Shown here: piece by piece, positions 57,741 through 64,000 of the stretch | Layout: every line of letters begins with the position of its first letter | Position numbering within the stretch: position 1 is the stretch's first letter | Virus record (IMG/VR): IMGVR_UViG_3300035491_000042 | Coordinates: 1 to 64,000 of that record | Strand: one strand, 5' to 3' | DNA: 64,000 nt | Origin: a virus | Taxonomy: Duplodnaviria; Caudoviricetes | Notes under the pieces: model-generated | What the model was told of the DNA's origin: nothing | Database searches by the model: none | The model's input: the letters and a program-made list of their open reading frames with translations, nothing else | Translations under genes and position numbers: made by a program

Positions 57741-60712
57741 TGTCGTTCGTTGAAAAGTTTCAATATCTACGAAACACAAAATGGCTTCTTCGTGAAGCCA
57801 TCAGTGCTATTGGCGGGCGTGTATCTACAAGCGATACATTCAGATCGTTCAGAAAAGAGATTCTCAAGGATGAGGCTACCCTGATCCTTGATTTTGATCG
57901 TGACTTGTACGGTATCGGGGCAACGTCACAAACAAGAAATGACACCGCTGGTTTCTCCGATATCGTAACGTTCACTCGATCTACTGGTGGTGGACGTTTC
58001 AACCAGTTCGGTATGTATGAGTGGGTAGGTAATGATGTCCCTCGATTTGATCATGATCCAGCAACTCTGACAACATCGGCATCGAGTGTCACTATTGGCT
58101 ATGGTGAGAAGCGTTTCCACACCACCGGTCAATATGCACTTGGTGAATCTATTGTCGTGAGCTATGACGCCAACAATTACATGATTGGTACGGTAATCCT
58201 GTCTTCTGCTAGCACAGTGACCCTGAATGTTGTAACTGTTGTTGGTAGTGGGACTTATAGCGCTTGGACACTGATCGTTCGGCTTGGGCTGTTGGTTGAA
58301 GAAAGTCGGACTAATCGGCTGACATACAGCGAGTTTCAAAACGGGCTGGCTGACGCTCCAGTTAGATTCAATGTTACTGCTTCTGTAACGCCAGACTTCA
58401 ATCCCCTCGGGACTACGTCTTGTATAGTTTACCCTTACACACCAACGAGTAACACTTACGCATATAAGCAGTTCTCCGCTACAAGCGGAACACCTTATAC
58501 GTTCTCGTGTCTTGTGGTGATGGAAGACGGAGGTGTTCCCGTTATCGCGGAATCATCGACAGATGCGTCTGGCGACTTTCGTGTCGTAGTAGACAGCTCA
58601 AACGTGCTTATTTACTCCAAAGTGGAGCACGTTTGCGGTAACGTATACAAGGTAATCGGCCATAAGATCGGTGAAGCTACAGGGACAAGAAACTATGGTC
58701 TGTATAAAGCGATGGGTAACTCGACTCGCGGATTCAAAGTAACCGGATACCAGCTTGAAGTAGGAACCTTCCCTACCTCCTACATCCAAACCACAGGGAC
58801 TGCTATCACGAGGGCCAGTGAGTTATCTTACACAAAGACAATGGAGTGGTTCAACGCCGATGGTGGAACCGTCTACCAACACGTCGACTTCACCGACGGG
58901 CAAACCCAAACGACAGGCAGAGTATACCCTGCGATACTGAAAAGCTCTGTCGACGCTACCAGCTCTGCCTATACGCTGGGCCTGTACAACTTTGCGCGGA
59001 TGATTAAAGGAAATCCAGCCCCGACCGCCATTGATCCTTTGGGTACGTTCGACGGGGCAATGGGCAACGACGTAACTGACCCAATCAAGGTGGTGTACAC
59101 CTACGACGACGACGGACTCGTTACGGGGACAGCCAACGTTGGGGCCCCGAGGCCCCCAATCGACATGGGGTGCGACTTGTCACTGACTACCCGGTTAGGT
59201 ATCGTGCAGGCTAACAACTACTCAGGTCACATCAAATCCATCCGCTATATCCCTCGTCGTCTCGGATCATTGGAAATTGATGACGCCATTGCAACTATGA
59301 GCACTGAGTTTACCGAGGAAAAATATTCTCTGAATGGGATCGGGGGAAGCTCCGTGTCCGATGTTATGACATTCACACGTTCTACCGGTGGCGGGCGTTT
59401 CAATGAGCTTGGATACTATGAGTGGGTAGGCACTACCGACACACCGCGTATTGATCACGACCCGTCTACAGTAGGAACCAGTACAGACAGTATCACCATG
59501 AGTATTGGTGCTAAGACTATCAACACAACCAGACAGTATACTGCTGGGGATGTGATTTCAATTGCTTATGACGCATCAAACTATATGATTGCTCGTGTTC
59601 GTCATGCGACAGCGACTGTTGTTAATGTGGATGTCCTGAAGGTTGTTGGTAGTGGGACATATAGCGATTGGAGGATGGTTGTTCGTAAAGGTGTTATGGT
59701 TGAGGAGGGTCGGACTAACTTGCTGCCTAATTCAAAACCAATCACATACGGTTTTGGTGTGGCGACGAAAGAAGACGAAGTTGGGATTTCTGGTTCGATT
59801 GGGAGTGCTGTAAAAGTAACGCAAGTCGGAACCGGAGCAGAATATTCAAACTTAACAATTAGCGTAAGCACAACAACAACGTACACAACCTCTGTGTATG
59901 TAGCAAAACAAGCTAATGCCTATTCGGCGCGAATCTCAATTGGGCTATTACGCGCCCCGGCTGCGTCTGTGTATCGTGCAGACTTGCGCTTGAATCCGAC
60001 CGATGGGTCTCTCTTTCGGGCTAGTGGTCTAGCGCCGGCAACAGTGAGCGACGCTGGCGACTGGTGGAGAGTTACGGCAACAATTGTGCCAGATGGCGTG
60101 ATATCAACAATGCAGCTCTATGTAGAGGCGTCTAGTGCTAGGACTCCGGGGCAGTACAACACGTTCGACGCATTCCAGATAGAAGCAGGTACATCCGCGA
60201 CCTCCTATATCCCAACAGCAGGGACTGCTGTTACTCGTTCATACGATTCTCTATACCGCACAATCGGTTCGGAGATCGACTGGAATGAAGGTACTGTCAC
60301 TATGGACATGTCTATCGATAGTATTCCTCCTCAGTTGTATCGGCTGCTGAGTTTCAGCTCTGGTTCTGCTGACGACAGAATCACCATGTTCAATTCCAAC
60401 GGAAACTTTGGATTTGATTGTGCTGTTGGTGGAGTTACCTCGGTTTCGTATGACAGTGGCGTCTCTATGACCACTGGTAAGCATAAGATTGGTCTGTCGT
60501 GGTGTCGTACTCTGGGGATTCTGAAAATCGCGATAAACGGGGTTGTAACTACTGTTGATGGTGCTGTTTTAGACCCGTCAATCTTTGGACAGGTTTGGTT
60601 CGGACAACGAGGATATTCAGCCCTTGGTGCCATTGTCAACAGCTCGTTCGAGAATATCCGTTTCTCAAAGAGCATCATGATCGATGATGAGCTCTCGGTG
60701 ATTACCAGCTAA
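57740..60712 (+). CDS. tail fibre/receptor-binding protein 2 (tandem duplicated module)
   Basis: Two copies of TFTRSTGGGRFN...VEE.RTN module. Confidence 0.75.
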   Translation: MSFVEKFQYLRNTKWLLREAISAIGGRVSTSDTFRSFRKEILKDEATLILDFDRDLYGIGATSQTRNDTAGFSDIVTFTRSTGGGRFNQFGMYEWVGNDVPRFDHDPATLTTSASSVTIGYGEKRFHTTGQYALGESIVVSYDANNYMIGTVILSSASTVTLNVVTVVGSGTYSAWTLIVRLGLLVEESRTNRLTYSEFQNGLADAPVRFNVTASVTPDFNPLGTTSCIVYPYTPTSNTYAYKQFSATSGTPYTFSCLVVMEDGGVPVIAESSTDASGDFRVVVDSSNVLIYSKVEHVCGNVYKVIGHKIGEATGTRNYGLYKAMGNSTRGFKVTGYQLEVGTFPTSYIQTTGTAITRASELSYTKTMEWFNADGGTVYQHVDFTDGQTQTTGRVYPAILKSSVDATSSAYTLGLYNFARMIKGNPAPTAIDPLGTFDGAMGNDVTDPIKVVYTYDDDGLVTGTANVGAPRPPIDMGCDLSLTTRLGIVQANNYSGHIKSIRYIPRRLGSLEIDDAIATMSTEFTEEKYSLNGIGGSSVSDVMTFTRSTGGGRFNELGYYEWVGTTDTPRIDHDPSTVGTSTDSITMSIGAKTINTTRQYTAGDVISIAYDASNYMIARVRHATATVVNVDVLKVVGSGTYSDWRMVVRKGVMVEEGRTNLLPNSKPITYGFGVATKEDEVGISGSIGSAVKVTQVGTGAEYSNLTISVSTTTTYTTSVYVAKQANAYSARISIGLLRAPAASVYRADLRLNPTDGSLFRASGLAPATVSDAGDWWRVTATIVPDGVISTMQLYVEASSARTPGQYNTFDAFQIEAGTSATSYIPTAGTAVTRSYDSLYRTIGSEIDWNEGTVTMDMSIDSIPPQLYRLLSFSSGSADDRITMFNSNGNFGFDCAVGGVTSVSYDSGVSMTTGKHKIGLSWCRTLGILKIAINGVVTTVDGAVLDPSIFGQVWFGQRGYSALGAIVNSSFENIRFSKSIMIDDELSVITS

Positions 60713-60720
60713 GGAAAAAT

Positions 60721-62256
60721 ATGAGTATTGAAAATAAAGCAAAGTACCTTCTTGAAACGAAGGTACTTCTACGCAATGCGATCAATCGGGTCGGTGGTAA
60801 TCTCTCCGCTACCGACCCTTTTCGCGCCTATCCTGAGCAACTAACAGCGGTCGACGAGCCCAATGTTCTTCTTGACTTCACAACCGGATATTTCTCCGTT
60901 GGGGCTGGGCTCAAACGTAATCGTGGTGGAAAGTTCTCTGATGTTCTAACATTCACTCGATCTACTGGTGCTGGTAGATATAACGAACTTGGTATGTATG
61001 AGTGGGTAGCTGCTGACACTCCAAGGATAAATCACAAACCAGCAACCAAAAGCACGAGCACAACAACGAATGTGATCGGTATTGGATCAAAGACGTTCCA
61101 GACTACCGTTCAGTATGCGGTTGGGACGCCTCTGTGCATTTCTTATGACCTCACAAACTTCATGAGGGGGGTTGTCACAGCCTCAACAGCCTCAACCGCT
61201 ACCGTTGACGTACAGTCGGTGGTGGGTAGTGGAACCTATTCATCGTGGACGCTAATCGAGACCGAAGGACTTCTGATTGAAACTCAGGAGACAAACGAAA
61301 TCGAAAGTAGTGAGTTTTCTGCTGGAATATCTGATGCTACTGGTGAGAATGCAAGTATTGCAGCATATACAGGAGACTTTGGTCCTCTTGGAACAACAAC
61401 TGGTATCGAGCTCACAACAGGTGCAGCAGAGTCATATGTTACCGTGATCCAATGGCTCACAAAAGGAACCAGAACAGCCTTTTCATTCTTTGTGAAAATG
61501 AGTAATGGCGCTCAACCGAATATCGGTGAAGACGTTAGTGATGATTTCTCTCTGATTGTGAACTCACTGGCAGTTAGTCAGAACGCGGGTGCCACTGTAG
61601 AGGTCGAGCCACTAGGGGATGGGGTATACCGTGTCTCTGTCGTCTTCGTGTACACCACACCACCGTTTGGTGATGGTCGCTTCGGCATTCGACGTGAGAG
61701 CGGACAGGAACTGAAGAGTATCTATGTAACTGGCTTTCAGGTCGAAGCTAGCACATCTGTCAGAAAACAAACTTCCTATATCAGGACGAGTGGAACAACC
61801 ACCACAAGAGCATCGGAGTATACTTCTCTTGCGAATGGTATATGGTTTAACAAGACCGAAGGAACTGTGTTCGCAGAAGGCTACGACAATAACGCTCAGA
61901 AAATCGTCAGCATCGGGACATCCATCTCTGATTATTATGCGAACGTGGGTAATGATATTATTACTAACACAGCAGAAGCACTAACACGAACTGGTGGAAC
62001 TGTTCAGGCGGATATCACTATCCCATTCACAAGCCAGATACCCAAATACGCGTATGCTTACAAAACCAACGACGTCGCATTTTGCGTTGATGGTTCTGCG
62101 GTGGGAACTGATACCAGCGTTACGCTACCCACAACAGATGCTGCCATGTATATTGGTACAGGTCTCGGAGTTAGCGTTATGGCGGGTGTTGTGAAGAGAA
62201 TCAAGTACATCCCAAGACGACTAACTAATATGGAACTACAGGAACTTACATCATGA
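60721..62256 (+). CDS. tail fibre/receptor-binding protein 3
   Basis: N-terminus paralogous to 57740; same module; ends YIPRRL. Confidence 0.75.
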   Translation: MSIENKAKYLLETKVLLRNAINRVGGNLSATDPFRAYPEQLTAVDEPNVLLDFTTGYFSVGAGLKRNRGGKFSDVLTFTRSTGAGRYNELGMYEWVAADTPRINHKPATKSTSTTTNVIGIGSKTFQTTVQYAVGTPLCISYDLTNFMRGVVTASTASTATVDVQSVVGSGTYSSWTLIETEGLLIETQETNEIESSEFSAGISDATGENASIAAYTGDFGPLGTTTGIELTTGAAESYVTVIQWLTKGTRTAFSFFVKMSNGAQPNIGEDVSDDFSLIVNSLAVSQNAGATVEVEPLGDGVYRVSVVFVYTTPPFGDGRFGIRRESGQELKSIYVTGFQVEASTSVRKQTSYIRTSGTTTTRASEYTSLANGIWFNKTEGTVFAEGYDNNAQKIVSIGTSISDYYANVGNDIITNTAEALTRTGGTVQADITIPFTSQIPKYAYAYKTNDVAFCVDGSAVGTDTSVTLPTTDAAMYIGTGLGVSVMAGVVKRIKYIPRRLTNMELQELTS

Positions 62257-62576
62257 CAACTTTTTTTGATTACTTTTTACGTTTTACCGATGAACAAGAA
62301 GCCCATGCGATCTTGGAGCAAGCTGGTTTCGAGGTCGTTCATGAGGTCGAAGACGAAGTAATTCGATCTTCCTCTGAAACGGCTACTGTATACCACGTTG
62401 GGATCCTCTCTGAAGGTGGTGAATGGGATGAAGACGGTACTGTGATCACTGAACCAACCGTGATCGAAGGTTGGCACGTGAACATTCGTCTTCGCGAGGA
62501 TATGACCGAGGAACAAGCTGCACTGTTCGTTGGGAAGATTGAAAACCCAGAAACACCAAAGGTGATTTTTGGATGA
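62253..62576 (+). CDS. putative fibre assembly/accessory protein
   Basis: Acidic, DY.LRF...G.......G...TEP....GWHVN.R; follows fibres. Confidence 0.55.
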   Translation: MTTFFDYFLRFTDEQEAHAILEQAGFEVVHEVEDEVIRSSSETATVYHVGILSEGGEWDEDGTVITEPTVIEGWHVNIRLREDMTEEQAALFVGKIENPETPKVIFG

Positions 62577-63004
62577 AGATTCCATACTATCGTTTGAAGG
62601 TAGACGACTCTGCATTTGACGACGAGAGAGACGTCACAAAGCGCATCGACGCCTATCAGATGTTCTTTAACATCGTCATCAAAAGCGCATACGTGGATGA
62701 TGTAGCACTGATGGAGCATGAGAAGGCTCATGTTCGTTGGTGGTACTATACCATGTTCTTCTTCGCTGCAATCGGGCTTGTTTCTGGGTACTTCTTTTGC
62801 GAGTACGCATATCTTCTTGTTGCGATCTCTCCTTTCATGCAGGGAATCTTCAATCGAATCCCTCTCACCAATGGTTGGATGGAACTACCCGGATATATCG
62901 TTCAGGTGAAATACGCACCATCGTACTATGAGACTGCTGTGACACGGCTGGTTAATAAGTACGGAATGAACGAGAAGCTTATGAGAAAGATTCTCAAGCC
63001 TTAA
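62573..63004 (+). CDS. small membrane protein with HExxH motif
   Basis: HEKAH, two hydrophobic segments, downstream E..GY. Confidence 0.6.
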   Translation: MKIPYYRLKVDDSAFDDERDVTKRIDAYQMFFNIVIKSAYVDDVALMEHEKAHVRWWYYTMFFFAAIGLVSGYFFCEYAYLLVAISPFMQGIFNRIPLTNGWMELPGYIVQVKYAPSYYETAVTRLVNKYGMNEKLMRKILKP

Positions 63005-63029
63005 ATATGGTACAACTGGAGTTTAAATA

Positions 63030-63854
63030 ATGCCGCAAATTGATAGAACGCAGATTCGCTTCATCCAGCGAGGGGAGCCTCATGTTGGTGAGGTTTACAA
63101 CCGCCCTACGGATGACCTTATTAAGCAAATCGATATCGTACTCGGTGAATTAGAAGGTAGTATCACAAACATCGCAACCGGTGGTATCTCTCCGTGGGAT
63201 GAAAACGTTGCATACCTAGCAGACGTTACCTATGCTATCGGTCCTATTTCTGGGGATATCTTCAGGGCAAAGGTAGACAACATCGGTGAGAACCCAGACG
63301 AGGATACGAACGAAGACTTCTGGGCGGTTGCATTTATCACTACCGAGTCCGGTTACACTCGGGTGCAGAGCGATGCTCGATTTTTACGGACAGAGCTTAA
63401 CGGAGCTGACGTACCAAACCCAGAAGAGTTCCGCAATAACCTTGGTATCATTTCTAACACCGACGTGATCGCCTTGGCACCGAAAGGATTCATCTCTTTC
63501 AATGGTGCAACTGGTATTGTTTATTCGTCTCGAAATCTGACGCTGACGAAGCTTGGGACTGGTCAGTATCGCCTGAACATCGCTTCTGGTGCTCGCTCTG
63601 GAAACTCGAACTATTGTGTTGTAGTCAGTGCGATTGATACTGGTGTCACGTCGCAGGCGTCGACACTGTCTGCTGGTGCCCACAACACAACAACCGCGTC
63701 TCTCAGTACTCGCTCTACAACATACTTTGATGTAAACTGTGTACTGCGTTCATCCCAATTGGCATATGCCGGTGGTAACGACGCTAACAATGCTCAGGCT
63801 CTGGCAATCAATCTCGCCGACCACGCATACATAAGTCTATCATTCTTCTGGTAA
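63030..63854 (+). CDS. tail fibre-like protein 4
   Basis: YNRP anchor module; W....Y...N.G..P.....W CBM-like segment; TKLGTGQY. Confidence 0.7.
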   Translation: MPQIDRTQIRFIQRGEPHVGEVYNRPTDDLIKQIDIVLGELEGSITNIATGGISPWDENVAYLADVTYAIGPISGDIFRAKVDNIGENPDEDTNEDFWAVAFITTESGYTRVQSDARFLRTELNGADVPNPEEFRNNLGIISNTDVIALAPKGFISFNGATGIVYSSRNLTLTKLGTGQYRLNIASGARSGNSNYCVVVSAIDTGVTSQASTLSAGAHNTTTASLSTRSTTYFDVNCVLRSSQLAYAGGNDANNAQALAINLADHAYISLSFFW

Positions 63855-63865
63855 AATGGTGTAAA

Positions 63866-64000
63866 ATGGAAAAAGGAAAGCTGTATTACATATTCTTTCA
63901 GAGTCCAGCGCGGAAGGGTCGGGTAGCGTTCACCGTTTCCGATCAATCTGTCGATGAACTAAAAAAGGAGTATATCATCCCAAACAATTCTAAGACTCTC
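63866..64000 (+). CDS. hypothetical protein (partial)
   Basis: ATG 63866 MEKGKLYY..., open to window end. Confidence 0.4.
   Translation, partial: MEKGKLYYIFFQSPARKGRVAFTVSDQSVDELKKEYIIPNNSKTL

Noticed and set aside
1-64000. tRNA/rRNA genes, introns or inteins, DGR reverse transcriptase
   Set aside because: No cloverleaf or T-loop signatures noticed in intergenic gaps; thyA and capsid genes are uninterrupted; no RT motifs. Checked by eye only

Overview
A 64-kb segment of a lytic, distantly T4-related myophage, probably infecting a gammaproteobacterium (sigma70-type promoters, rrn-like boxA). 1-35 kb is almost all on the minus strand. It holds nucleotide metabolism and repair genes (vWA protein, ThyA, PolX-like nucleotidyltransferase, PseT-like Pnkp, RNA ligase 1) and an early accessory region (5-12 kb) built of small-gene cassettes separated by repeated hairpin-embedded promoters. 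That region is headed by five tandem TTGACA promoters and a boxA-containing structured leader. Further along are a Dda helicase, RNase H, an Acb1-like 2H phosphoesterase, head genes (gp23/22/21/20, with gp68 and possibly gp67 dispersed), gp2, Prim-Pol, RuvC, gp46/47 and the late sigma gp55. 35.5-64 kb (plus strand) is the contractile tail, baseplate and fibre module. Four free-standing endonuclease genes are interspersed. Most notable are: the hairpin-promoter cassette array with compensatory stem changes; an AcrIII-1 (DUF1874)-like protein with its catalytic His replaced; a nested, late-expressed, degenerate Acb1-like domain inside the Prim-Pol gene; an rRNA-operon-like promoter/boxA leader; and candidate Fur boxes between gp55 and the tail operon. 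All family assignments come from motif recognition and recalled sequences, not from database searches.
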